This document shows, piece by piece, positions 25,164-37,738 of a stretch of DNA of 64,000 nt. The number at the start of each line of letters is the position of its first letter. Position 1 is the stretch's first letter. Position numbers and translations under genes: made by a program. Source of the stretch: Hypanus sabinus (lineage: Eukaryota); assembly GCF_030144855.1 (NCBI RefSeq), contig NC_082728.1, positions 25,854,001 through 25,918,000 on the forward strand, read 5' to 3'. Below the pieces are notes generated by a model. The model was not told the origin of the DNA. It did not search any database and saw nothing but the letters and a program-made list of their open reading frames with translations.

Positions 25164-26365
25164 AGTTGCAAGAAAAACCCTTTGCAATTACCTAGTTTTC
25201 TGCATTAATTACTCATAAAATGTGATCTGATGGTCATCTTAAGACAAACACAATCTGCTTAAGCTAACTACACACAAACAATTGTACTGAATTTTTGAAT
25301 TTTAAATTCAATACTGAATTTAAACAATCACAGTCTAGTTTCAAAAAAGTATGTGAACCTCTGGGATAATTTCTCCTAAAGACTTGAGTGTTCATCAGTC
25401 CACAGCAAGAGAAATTGTCTACAAATGGAGGAAATTTAGTACTATTGCTACTTGCCCTAGGAGTGGACATCCTGCAAAGATTACAACAAGAGCACGGTGT
25501 GCAATGCTAAAGGAGATGAAAAAGAACTCATGGATAACAGTAAAAGACATACAGAAATCTCTAGAACTTCTAAAGTCTCCGTTCATGTATCCACTATAAG
25601 AAAAACACCGAGCAAGGATGGTGTTCATGGCAGGACACTGTGGAGGAAACCACTGCTCTCCAAAAAAAAAATTTGCTGCACATTTCAAGTTTGCAAAAGA
25701 CCATCTAGTTGTTCCACAGCGTCTCTGGGACAGTGCCTGGCCAGCTTGTAATCGTTGCGGGAATGATGAGTTCAAAATTTTATCAAGGTATTTTACAGGA
25801 GAATGTCAGGGTAGCAGTCAGTCACCTGCAGCTTAACAGAAGTTGGATAATGCAAAACACAAGAGTAAATCAACATCAGAATGGTTTAAAAAGATGAAAA
25901 TTCATGTTTTGGAAAGGCCAAGTCACAGTTCAGGCTTTAACCCAATTGAGATGCTGTGTCATGACCTGAAGAGGGCAGTTCATGCAAGGTATCCCAGAAA
26001 TATTGACAAACTGAAACTGTTTTGTTTGAGGAATGGTATAAAATTCCTCCCCACTGTTGTGCAAGTCTGCACAGCTGCAGGAACCATTTGGTCGAGGTTA
26101 TTGCTGCTGAAGGATTATTACAGGTAAACCCTTGTAAACCAGTATTTGCAAGGATTCACATACATTTTCAAGCCTGGATTGTGAATGATTAAAGAATGTG
26201 TTCAATAAAGGTGTGAAAAGTACAATTGTTTTATGTTTTATAGTTCAGACAGATTGTGTTTGTCTATTATGGTGACTTAGATGGAGATCAGATTGCATTT
26301 TATGAGTAATTAATGCATAAAACCAGGTAATTGCAAAGGGTTCACAATTTTTTTTCTTCCATCTG
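25164..26365 (+). mobile_element. Tc1-like DNA transposon relic, internally deleted
   Basis: Long IR/DR terminal inverted repeats (ccctttgcaattacctagttttctgcattaattactcataaaatg / cattttatgagtaattaatgcataaaaccaggtaattgcaaaggg); TA at the right end; transposase fragments VHQSTAREIVYKWRKFSTIATCPRSGHPAKIT and KHKSKSTSEWF..SHSSGFNPIEMLCHDLKRAV. Confidence 0.92.
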
Positions 26366-26549
26366 TAGGTATATTTTTTGTCAAACTAAGAGTTATACTT
26401 TTTTGCCTGCCCTGGATGATGGTGTAAGGAGCTATGTTTTCTTATTTTAGTTTTTTATTATGTGATTCATGCTGGGAAATATTCACAATAGGCTTTATCA
26501 AATTCATTAATTTTTTTAGCATCATGTATGGTTCAGGAAGTGACAATTC

Positions 26550-27915
26550 ATTGGTTTGTTTTTTTTTATTATTGTCACATGTACCAAAAAAGAGTCAAAA
26601 AAACTTGTCTTGCTCATTGTTTATACAGATCAAATCATGACATGGTACATTAAGGTAAAACAACGGCAATGCAAATGTAAGCTACCAAAAGAGTGCAGTG
26701 TAGATGAACAATGAAGTGGAATATCATAACAAAGCAGATTGTGAAGCCAAGAGGCCATTCTTATTGTACAAGAGGTCCAGTCAAGCGTATGATAACAGTA
26801 GAAAGAAGCTGTCCTTGAGCTGAGTGGCATGTGCTTTCAGGTTTTGCATCTTCTGCCCAATGGATCAGAGGCAAAGAATGTCTGGAGTGAGTGGTGACTT
26901 TCATTATGTTGGCTGTCTTACTGAGACAGTGAGAAGTACAGATGGTCCATAGAGGGGAGGCTGTTTTCTGTGATGTGCTGAGCTGTATCAACAGCTCTCT
27001 ACAGTTTCTTATGATCACATGCAAAGCAGTTAGCGGACCAAGCCGTTATTCATCCAGTCAGAATGCTTCCTGTGGTGTTTCAGTAAAAATTGGTAAGTTG
27101 TTTTGGGCATGCTGTATTTTCTTTAGCCTCCTGGAAAGGTAGAAGCATTGGTAAGCTTTCTTGGTTGTGACATCAACATGGATGAACCTGTTCATGCCTA
27201 GGAACTTGAAACTCTCACAAGGTTGATGCAGACATGAGTGTGTGACTTTCTGAAGTCAAAGACAAGCTCTTTTGACATTGAGGGAAAGGTTGTTGTCATG
27301 ACAGCATGTCATGAATCTGTCTCCTTCCTGTATTCCAACTCATCATTATGAAATGTGATCCACTACAGTGGTATCATCTGCAAAATTGTAGATGGGTTTA
27401 GAGCAGATTCTGGCCATGCGGTCATGAGTATACATGGAGTAGAATAGGAGGTTAAGGATGCAACCTTGTGGAGCACCAGAATAATTGTGGCTGAAGCTTT
27501 GCTGCCCATCCGTACTGATTGTGGTTTGCTGATCAGAAATTCAAGGATCCAGTTGCAGAGAGAGGCATAAATTCCCAGGGACTGGAGTTTGGTGAGAAGT
27601 TTGCTTAGCTTATTAGTATCAAAGGCAGAACTGTAGTCAATAAACAATGGTCTGTAAAGTTTCTTTACTGTCCACTTGCTCCAGAGATGAATGTAGGGCC
27701 AGGGAGATGGTGACCACCATAGCCCTGTTTCAGAGGTAGGCAAAATACAATGGGTCGAAAGTGTCTGGAGAGCTGGAATAGATGTGTGGCATGTCCAGCT
27801 TCTCAAGGCATTTCACAGTGGTTGAAGTTAAGACCACTGGGGTGGTAGTTATTACAGCACATTATCTTTCTTATTTTGAGTACTAGGATGATTATGGTGG
27901 CTTTAAATCAAGAGG
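26550..27915 (-). mobile_element. Rex1/Babar-type LINE relic
   Basis: LFIDYSSAFDTNKLSKLLTKLQSLGIYASLCNWILEFLISKPQSVRMG is characteristic of Rex1/Babar RT. Confidence 0.85.
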
Positions 27916-28944
27916 AAACCCCAGTCTGGAAGAAGGTATAATAACATTTAAAATAAATTTGCAAGGGCACCTGGATTTTAAAAAAGGTTTCGGTTATCGG
28001 CTAAATGGAGGCAAATGGGTCTAGTTTAGATAGTCATCTTTTAGGCAAGGGCATGTTGAGCCAAATTTCTGTGCTGTATTCTGTGACAGAGATTATTGAA
28101 ATCTGAAATCAAAACAGGAAATGTCAGAAACACTCAACAGGGCTGGAGGTCTAAGATATTTTGTCAAAAGTAAGTTTTAGTTGCAGAGAAGTTCAGGAAG
28201 TGAAATAAGTCAAATAAGGGGATACCCCTTAGAGAACAAGGTCCAACTGTGTGACAGGGACATGAGTTTGCAAATGCTGGAATCTAAACAAAAAAAAACT
28301 GCTAGAGGAACTTGTGTCAGGCAGCTCCTGTAGAAGGAAATAAATGGTCTACATTTCAAGATCCTTCATCCTGACTTTCCATCAGAAATTTGTTCTTGAC
28401 ATTTTTTTAAAAAACATTCCTGCCCTGCAACTGAAACTAATTCACTTTTCCTTGGGGTCTTGTGCCTGAAAATTGAACTAAGTTTCTGTTTCCATAGCTG
28501 ATGTTTGACATGATAGTTGCCGGACTGGAATGTAGAGACAGAGAATAAACATTAGAGAATTAGCTTCACATACAAACTCTTTAGCATTTTAAAAACTGCT
28601 TCCTTCGAACATTCAAGGTAACTAGCATTTTGACTGTGAAAGAAGAATTTGTACGTTGTGTGTTGAATTTGTACAAATATATGTTAAGGAATGAGTTGAG
28701 AGCTTTGGGAATCTGGTCTGAGCATTCTTGATAAAGTGATTTAAACAAGACGTAGTCAGGACACTGTTACAGTAGGACAATAGGACATTTTACATCCATC
28801 TTGAGATTTAGTGGCCTATCCTGTTTTACAATCGCTTTATTCTCTACAAAACACAAAAAAAAACACTGTATCATATCGCATTCTTTAAAATTGGTCAGTT
28901 ACACTGCTTCATCATTGAGAATGCAATTTTCCACGTGGATGAGA

Positions 28945-29900
28945 TGTGAGTTAAAGGGGCGGGGATGTGGTTCTGACTGGCTCGCACTACGCCACCTATC
29001 CCAGATGGTGGGGTATTCTGCCGGACCAAGTCTGCGGGAAGACGCCCGCGAAGAAGTCCTGTGAATCAAGCATTGTAAAAGCAAAAACTTCGCACGATTT
29101 CGAGAGTCAAGGTTCCGTTTCTTCCCCAGAAGCTTGGTATTAGCTTTTTTTTTCCACTTACCGAAAATAAACCCGAGGAAGGAAGGAACCGAAGCGGATC
29201 GAGGTATAATTCCAGAACCAAATATCTGAAATACAGTCTTTAGGGATGTTATTGCCGTTGACTGGATTTGGAAGGTCGCTACTTTAAATTTGATCGTCTT
29301 TGGAAACTTCGGATTTTCGTGCAATAGTAGCTTATTAATTTAGTCCGAGGATTGTGCACTCTGAGCATGATGTCACGGTTCATGTTAGTTAAGGCGTGTA
29401 CTGGACGATTACTGGGCAATTTCAGTAGTTTGTCGCCCCTGTCTGGATAGTGAGGCGAGCTTGGAGCTTATTCTCCGCAATTGCTCAGCTTTATTCCTTA
29501 GTTTTTCCCAGTACGTCTTTTTTTTGTGTGTCTGCCTACCATAATCTTCCCCCACCATCCTTGCAGGTAAGAATTGCGGCAGAGCAGGTTAATTTGACTT
29601 TTGAGTTGTGACCACGCCATGGAAATTTTGAGTTTGACGCAGTTTGTCGATCGGAGCTGAAACCAAAGGGATCAAAAAGAACGAATCGGTTGGAGAATGT
29701 AATGGGAATCTTAAACAATATTATTGTGGCATGATTTTAAAAAGTTGAAGTAGAGTCTGAAGTTGTTTCCTAGTAGATTGAACGTTTCAAGGCTGAATCA
29801 CTTGTTCAGTTGCCGCCATGACAGAAGGTAAATACGAAAACATTTTGGGAGCAAATTATAACCGTATTTGAATAGAACGCCAGCGTGTTGTAGAAGGAAA
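28945..29900 (+). promoter_or_regulatory. CpG-rich promoter and candidate non-coding first exon of CDC42EP4
   Basis: Local CpG enrichment; GC box GGGGCGGGG near 28956-28965; candidate donors GAG|GTATAA (29204) and CAG|GTAAGA (29567); 7 kb upstream of the CDC42EP4 coding exon. Confidence 0.6.
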
Positions 29901-30860
29901 ATGAAAGTGAGCATTTTCCCAGTGTATTTTCGTCCCTGTGAATATTGTGTCTCTCAGTGCCTTGCATCAAATGCTTGACAAATTATTAGAGAATAATTTC
30001 TTAACGACAGGACTTACTGGCATTTAGAAAAACATGGACTTGTAAGGAGTAATCGGCATGCTTTTTGCGGGGGGGGGTGATCTTGTCACTTAAATTTGGT
30101 TGTTTTGAGGATATGACAAAGATGACCACAGAGCAATAAAGTGTTTACATGGAATTGAGTAAAGAATTTGACAGCATCCCTCTTTGGCCATTCTGTAAGA
30201 TTAATTTGCATGGGATCCATAGTGAGTTCTTAAATCTAGAATTGACTTGGTCATAGTCTGGGAGTGGCAGTTGAGGGGTGTTGCTCTGACTGGAGGTCTG
30301 TGGCCAGAAGTAGTTTTCCAGGAATTTGCCTGGATTGATGTGCAGAAACTATAAAGAGAGGTTTGACACACTTAGATTTTTGTCTCAAGCATTAGAGGCT
30401 TCGGACTGGATATATTCAGTTGTTAGTCAGATATATTTCCTGGGTTGAAATATCAAATACTAGGGGGCATTGGCTAACGTTAAAAAGGAGGAGAAAGTTT
30501 TTAAGTATGTGAGGTAAGTTTTATTACACTGTTGATGGGTTTCTTGAATGCAAGAAGTGGTAGATGCAGATAGAAAATTTTGGAGGCATTTCACCACATA
30601 AACAGGCAAAGGATAAAGAGAAACGGACCACACGCTGGTAAATGAGAATAGTTATATATTAACATCATAGTCATTGTCGAAGGGTTTTGGCCCGAAACAT
30701 AGACTGTACTCTTCTCTTCTATAGATGCTGCCTGGCCTGCTTAGTTCCCCCAGCATTTTCTGTGTTTTGCTTGGATTTCCTGCTTCTGTAGATTTTTCTC
30801 ATGTTGATATTCACTGTAGATATAGTGGACTGAAGGGCTTTTTCCTGTATTCTTCTGTTC
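29890..30860 (+). mobile_element. Old degenerate CR1 LINE with a hammerhead-family repeat inserted at ~30675-30805
   Basis: HLEKHGLVRSNRHAF..SC-like RT remnant and CR1 tail ttcttctgttcta; insert aagggttttggcccgaaac...gatgctgcctggcctg. Confidence 0.65.
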
Positions 30861-31284
30861 TATAATGGGTTGTGAGAAACTTGTGTGTTCTGATTTGTGT
30901 TTTGAGTCCAACTGAAAAGTGAGTGCACTCCTCTCTTAAATAAAGCCAGTGAGTTGTGAGACAACATATATTCATTGCTGGTTTTGCAAAAATGGCTCAG
31001 GTGACACTACAGTTAACACATTGTTATCCATTATTGTTAAACGATTCTTATAGAAATGAAATCTGATAACATTGTCAATTTGTAGCAATCCTGCTTTGTT
31101 AAGAGAGAGTTTTAAGGTAAAGAAGGAACAGGTTGCTGACTCTTCTGCCAATGAAACTGGAGAGCATAGATGGTAATTGGCTAAAATAAAATGAGAAAGC
31201 CTGTATACATTGGGAGATTAGGATCTAAATTACATGGGAATGGGAGGCAAGTTAGTAGTGGCAGATTTCACTTGTGACATGTGG

Positions 31285-32350
31285 ATTATCAGTTCCCTCA
31301 TCTCTACCCCCATCTGTTCCCAGGATGAGGCTTTCCTTTCCAGGACATCAGAGATGTCGTCGTCCCCCCTTCAAAGAATGGGGTTTCCCTTCCTCCACCA
31401 TTGATGCTGCCCTCACCCGTATTTCTGCCATTTCCCAGACATCTGCACTCACCCCATCTTCCTGTTACCTTACAGAGAAAGTTCTTCCTATCCTCGCCTA
31501 CCTCCGACAGGGCTCCACATACAATACATCAATCTCCGCACCCTCTGCCATCTTCAACAAGATCCTACCACAGACACGCCTTTACCACTTGCACTCCACT
31601 TTCTACAGGGATAACTCCCTCCATGATTCTCTTGTCCATTCATCCATTCCCACTAAACTCCCCCTTGGCACATACTCAATTGTAGTTATCCCTGCAAGGG
31701 ACATGTACTGTATGCCATACTTTCCCATCTACCTCGCTTGCCTCCATTCAGGGCCCCAGTCCTTCTAGCTGAGGCAGCACTTCAGCAAATCTGTTAGGGT
31801 TGTCTGTTGTATCCAGTACTACTGTACAGTGGTGAGACCCGATGTAAGTTTGTCAAGCACCTCCACTCCATCCACCAAAAGCAAAATTTCCCAGTGGCCA
31901 ACCATTTTAATTCCGATCCCCATTCCTGTTCTGACATGTCAATCCATAGCCGCCTCTTTTGCCACGATAAGGTCACTGTCGGGGTGGAGGAGCAGTACCT
32001 CATATTCCATCCATGTAGCCTCCAAATGACAGTATGAATATCAATTTCTCCTTCCGATATACAAAAATTCCTCAGTCCTTCTCTTCTCCACTCTTTCTCT
32101 CACCTCTTCTCTTCTCCTCACCTTCTCCCCTGGTCCACAGTCCTCTTTCATCAGATTCCTTCGCCAAGCCTTTGCCTTTCCCACCTACTAGGCTTCACTT
32201 ATCACCCCCTAGCTTGTCCTCCTTCCCCTCCCCCACCTTTTTATTCTGGCATCTTCCCCTTTTTCAGTCCTGAAGAAGGGTTTCCGTCCTGTTTATTCAT
32301 TTTCATAGATGCTTCCTGACCTGCTGAGTTCCTCCAGTGCTTTTTGTGTA
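31285..32350 (+). mobile_element. Penelope-like retroelement 3' relic
   Basis: FKEWGFPSSTIDAALTRIS; LLYSGETRCKFVKHLHSIHQKQNFPVANHFNS (GIY-YIG region); ends cagtcctgaagaaggg. Confidence 0.85.
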
Positions 32351-33096
32351 ATACGGGGCAAAAGAAATCAGCATGAAAAACGTGCATGTGCTCTAAGGAA
32401 TTGTATTCTGTAGCAGTTTATCTCGTGCAATAAATCGGCTTGCATTTTGCCTTATTCTCTAACAAGGTTCTGAGCTGGAGTGGGTCTAAGTTTGGTCTGT
32501 CCAATTTTGGTGAAATTTGAGGCATAAGCTGCTAAACATTTATCAAGAGTTTTTCCACACCATTGTCATGATAATTTTTAATTACTCTTCGAATTTCAAG
32601 TTAGCAATATATAAAATAAAAATTTGTGATATCTCTTTTGAATGTGGTTAAGTGATTCAAGTATGGAATATGTTCCCTCTATATTTTGTGTAAACAATTC
32701 TATAAATAGAAAGTAAAAGTGCAAATAAGCATTCAGTGATTTTTTTTGTAATAAAATGAAAAGTAGCCTGTAAGTTGATATGCATAGTGTAAAATATAGA
32801 AACTAGTCCATTATCTATAGCAACACTTTAGGACAGTGGGCTGTAGTATTAATTAATTGATCCAAAAAGAAAACATGGTGGACATTGGTTCCTGTTAATG
32901 AAACAGACCATGCATTGAGGCCATTTGATTTCACAAAATCAATGTCAGGATTTATTTCAGTGGTCTTGTATCTGGTTGCTTCCACTGTGTTGAAAATTCT
33001 AGCCTATCTACAGAAGCTGTCTGCAAACAGGACACCCTCAAATTAGTTTCTTTTAAGTGACAAGTGAAAATCATCTTGGAACTTGAGCTTCTGGAT

Positions 33097-33172
33097 CAAG
33101 AATTCCCAACCTGGGGTCCATGAACTGCTTAATGGTATTAGTTCATGGCATAGAACAGGTTGGGAACCCCTG
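33097..33172. mobile_element. ~76-bp hAT-like MITE
   Basis: TIRs CAAGAATTCCCAACCT / AGGTTGGGAACCCCTG; internal sequence shared with 2712-2780 and 60538-60618. Confidence 0.7.
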
Positions 33173-33254
33173 CTCGATAATTAAATTATAATAATTGAAC
33201 TCATAACAGATTAACATTGTAACATTCGCAAGTACAGCTGTCCTTGTAAAGCAC

Positions 33255-34038
33255 CAAAGTGAAGTGGTGGGGCAGGTGATGCTGAGGAATCAGGTAATCA
33301 GCAGAAGGACTCGGACAGATTAGGGCAATGGGCAAAGAAGTGACAAATGAAGAAAATGTACGAAAGTGTATGGTGGTGTACTTTGGTAGAAGGAATAAAG
33401 GCGGAGACTTTTTTAAATAAGAAGAAAATTCAGAATTCAGAGGTGCAAAGGGACCTGGGAGTCCTAGTGCTGGATTCCCTAAACGTTAACTTGTAGGTGG
33501 AATCAGTGGTAAGAAGGCAAATGCACTGTAAGAATATAAAAGCAAATAAGTAATGCTGAGGCTTTATAAGGTATTGGTCAGACCGCACTTGGGAGTATTG
33601 TGAGCAGTTTTGGGCCTGTTATCAAAGAAAGGATGTGCCAGAATTGGAATGGGTCCAGAGGAGATTCATGAGAATGTTGCCGTGAATGAAAGCATTAGCA
33701 TATGAGGAGTGTTTGAGGGGATCTCATTGAAACGTATGGAATATTGAAAGACCATGTATGTGGAGAGGATGGTTCTTAAAGAGGGGGAGTCTAGGACCAG
33801 AGAGCACAGCCTCAGAATAGAAGGACGTCTCTTTAGAACAGATGAGGAATTTCTTTGGCTAGGGAGTGGTGAATTTGTGGAATTCATTGCCACAGATTGC
33901 TTTGGAGGCCAGTGTCATTGGGTATACTTAAAGTAGAGGTTGTTAGATTCTTGGTTAGTAAGAGTGTCAAAAGTTATGAGGAGAAGGCAGGAAAATGGTA
34001 TCCGAGAAGAAATTCTGCTCCTATAATCTTATGGTCTT
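33255..34038 (+). mobile_element. CR1 LINE subfamily B (degenerate)
   Basis: Colinear with 1830-2594; tail tcttatggtct. Confidence 0.8.
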
Positions 34039-36733
34039 AGTCTTCAATGAAATGTACCTCCTCATCATGAACAACTTGCAGGAAAAGCTTTCAATTAACT
34101 GAAGTTGAATAATGGCATCCACTTGTGATTGTTCAGTTTTATAGAAATTGAAGCAGGCCATTACCCCACCCCCAGATGTTGAGCTTCTTGTATGGTTGGA
34201 GCTGCACTTAACCAGTCAGTTGGAAATCACATTTCTGACTTGTACTCCGTAATTGGTGAAAGGCTTTTCATGCAAGGCGCATCATTCACTGCACAATAGT
34301 TGGTCTCTAAGCTCTGTTGTATTTATTTGACCGGTCCTTGAGTTTTAATTAATGATACCTAGATTGTTGATGGTATTTATAAGAGGATGTAGTTAGACCT
34401 GAGTTGGTGATGGTCATTGCTTGGCCAACTACTTGCAGTTTGTCAGTGATTTTCTGCATATTGTCCAGTCCTTTCAACATGCAGGCATGAACTGCCTTTG
34501 ACTGAGTTGTAAAAGGAATTGAATACCAACTATTCTGTTCAAGGTAGGTAATTGAAGCAACAGGTTGGTTGGGCCCAGGATACTATCCTGATACCTAGGA
34601 GTTGGAATGTTTGACTATCCACAGCTACCTTCCTTTGTGAAGAGTATGGATCTAGCAATCTGCTTTCCTCCTGATAACAATTGAATTATTTTGGAGAGCA
34701 AGTTTCATTCAAAAGCATCACAAACAAAGTAATGGAAGGTAAATTGGGCAGTGATTGGATTAGATTTGTTCCACAAAATGCAGGGCAGCACGTGTGTATC
34801 ATAAACATTACAATAATTACCTTACATTTATTATAGTGGGATTTGGTAGCTGTGGCATACCTGAGAAGGGAATAAATCTATTAGATTATGTGTACTTTGG
34901 CATTGAGCAGCCTGAGTTGGTGGAATGGACCGATACCCTGTCAGGTGGAGAATATTCCATCGGCCTTGTATAAGTTACTGTTAAGTATGAAGGGTGATAG
35001 TTGTGCCACAAATGGCTAGCTTCCAATCTCTTACAGTCATTGTAATGTTCCTCCCTGAAATACTTTATGTATAAAGTTAATGAGATTTTATGGCTATCTC
35101 AATGTAGATTACATTACATACACATGTCTGTAAAATGTGATTTATTGGCTTTCAGTTGATGGCTGGTGTTAAAATCAAAACTGTTGATCATTACTTCTAA
35201 CAGAATGTGATGTAATAAGCATTACATTCTCAGATAATGGATGTTGAACTGATCAAGAATTGTAAAACATACCTTGAAGCTCTGCCTGTTGTCTTCTCAA
35301 TTCTGCTCTGGGCTACCTGCATTTATGGTCAACTTCAGGGCAGCAATTCTTCAAGCCAGTACCTGTTTTAGATAGAATTTGTGAATTGAGATGGGCAGGT
35401 AGCTGGATAGACTTTAACCTGGGTTAGCTTCTTGGACTGATCTTGTTTGTATTTGTATGACGAACTGAATCTCGGCTGTTTTGCTAAGCAGTCTAAATGG
35501 CACTATTCTGAACCTGTACCAAGCCTATTTTATGAATTTTTGTCTGCTATTAATAACAGTGAAAAAATATTTTTTCCAGGAAGGATACTAGCACAATGTT
35601 CGTAAAAGAGAATTACTCTCCTTGCAAACCGTAATCTGTCAGATCCTGAAGTAATACAAACTTACAAGACATTGAGTACAAACTTCCTTATTCTTATTTG
35701 CTCCATCTACTTGAATGTCTTTTACATTTCCTCCATTTCTGTGTTTTGGTTCTGCGGAACCTACATTTGGCTGTGCTGGTGTCTTTTTTTTAAATGAAGA
35801 GAACTAAATTTTAAATTTTAACCATGTCTAAATTTCATTACTGTTCTTTAAAGCAGAAAAAAAGCTGCTGAAGGAACTCAGTGGGCCAGTTTTGGCTGGT
35901 CCCGTGATAGGGTATTATCCTTTTGCCTCCACAGTTACTGTGTAATCCACTACCTTTTGCTCTAGATCTCAACATCTGCAGTCTCTCGTGTTTCCTTTCT
36001 TGTCATAAATTTGCCTCCTGATTACTAACCCCTTGTGATTGAATAATTTCTTATTACTGATTAATCCTACTCATCATTTTCAATATTTCTGTTCAATTCT
36101 GCCTCAATCGTCCCAGTGGCAAGCAATTAGAACTTATTTGTAAAGCTGCTCTGTTCAAGATAATGGTATTTTTCTTCAAATGTAGCACTTGGAATTAGGC
36201 ATGCTATTCAATTGAGGATTAATTAGTAATTTTAAAACTGTTTTGCAAAACCTAATTTTGTATTTCTACTTCAGAAGGTTTTGTTGAGACTGTGTTTTCC
36301 ATTAGCTTAAATTATTACTTTTGTTTATACAACAATATCAATTGTTTGTTTTTTGCTTAACTGCATGGAAAATAGAAGAAAATTAAATTTTACTTTGAAT
36401 TTGAGAAGGTTTCTTAATGAACTCAATAGTTTGTTTTAAGACATTGTCCATAACTAATTCTATGACTTTTAATTTTTAAAATCATCTTTATCCTTTTTAG
36501 GTGCATTAAGTTGGAACAGTGAAGCAAGGATTGGCGAAGGAATGGCTGCAACAGATAATGTGATGCTTCATGAACTGTAATTTTGCTCCAGAAATTTTAA
36601 CTTTGTGTTTCAAGATTGCATTGTGCTGCAAGTGTGGATTCTGGCTGTATGAAGAGAGTTGAAGACAAGATTATTTTGCTCATCTAAAGGAAATTTCCAG
36701 TATACTTGTGTAATCATCACCGACGTTTGGAAA

Positions 36734-37738
36734 ATGCCGATCCTAAAACAGTTAGTGGCCAGCTCCAGTCAGTCTAAGCGTCGCTCCCGAGTGGACTTGA
36801 CTGCAGATATGATCAGTGCACCTCTCGGTGATTTCCGCCACACAATGCATGTGGGTCGTGGAGGTGATGTCTTTGGAGACACATCGTTCCTCTCTAGCAA
36901 GGTTGGAGCGACAGCTGCTGCTCCTGCTGAAGCAACCCCTAAACCAGGTTTGCTCTCTCGGAAATTCAGAAGCAGCAGTAAGCGGTCTCAGTCTGTAACA
37001 CGCGTTGACAAGCAGGATATACTGACACAAAGTGATTCTGCTTTTTTTGTGAAAAATGCAGTATCCCTTCCTCAGCTAAATGATAAGATTGTGGAGCCTA
37101 CTAATCAATTGGCAAAGAGCCTTTCGTCAAGCCCCCTGAAAAAGCTTGCAAATGAAGACACTGAAAATAAACCGGTTAATGGGGCTGCTGGTGGAGTTGA
37201 AAGTAAGTCTATGGAATATCAAGATGAGAGAGATTTTGGAGATATCTCGGACCTTCCCACATCTCTGTCCAGTGGTGGGTTTCCACTGACACATGCTGAG
37301 TCCATCATGTCCTTCCATGTCGATCTTGGTCCTTCAATGCTTGGTGACATTTTGAGTGTTATGGAAAAAGATACCTGGGAAAATAATACTGATCTTGGTT
37401 TGGGAGAAGTCAAGGAAAGTGACTATTCAAATTTGAAGAAGATGACTACAGAAAAGTTTGTGGAGGATTCCTCAAAATCAGCAACTAGTTTGCCTAGTAC
37501 TGTTAAAGGTGTTGCATATAGCCCAGGTTCTGGTAGTTGCATATCTCAAGGTAGTGGCTCTGTGTCAAGTTTGGCATCTGGGACAACAGAAGAGATGCAG
37601 TCAGTTTATGAAGGAGTTAGTCATGGAAATACAGATAGCATGAAAAATACAGGTGAATCGACAGATGCCTTCAAAGAGGAAGAAAATGAAGGTGAGGAAT
37701 TTACCTTCATGGATGAAGAGGATGAAATCCGTGTATAA
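36734..37738 (+). CDS. CDC42EP4: CDC42 effector protein 4 (Borg4), 334 aa, single coding exon
   Basis: Starts MPILKQLVASSSQSKRRSRVDLTADMISAPLGDFRHTMHVGRGGDVFGDTSFL (CRIB); contains FVKNAVSLPQL and HAESIMSFHVDLGPSMLGDILSVM (Borg homology regions); ends FTFMDEEDEIRV. All match vertebrate CDC42EP4. Splice acceptor tcctttttag at 36491-36500. Confidence 0.97.
   Translation: MPILKQLVASSSQSKRRSRVDLTADMISAPLGDFRHTMHVGRGGDVFGDTSFLSSKVGATAAAPAEATPKPGLLSRKFRSSSKRSQSVTRVDKQDILTQSDSAFFVKNAVSLPQLNDKIVEPTNQLAKSLSSSPLKKLANEDTENKPVNGAAGGVESKSMEYQDERDFGDISDLPTSLSSGGFPLTHAESIMSFHVDLGPSMLGDILSVMEKDTWENNTDLGLGEVKESDYSNLKKMTTEKFVEDSSKSATSLPSTVKGVAYSPGSGSCISQGSGSVSSLASGTTEEMQSVYEGVSHGNTDSMKNTGESTDAFKEEENEGEEFTFMDEEDEIRV

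Noticed and set aside
36659-36733. 25-aa N-terminal extension of the CDC42EP4 ORF in the ORF track
   Set aside because: It starts at TTG; homology begins at the ATG at 36734 (MPILKQLV).
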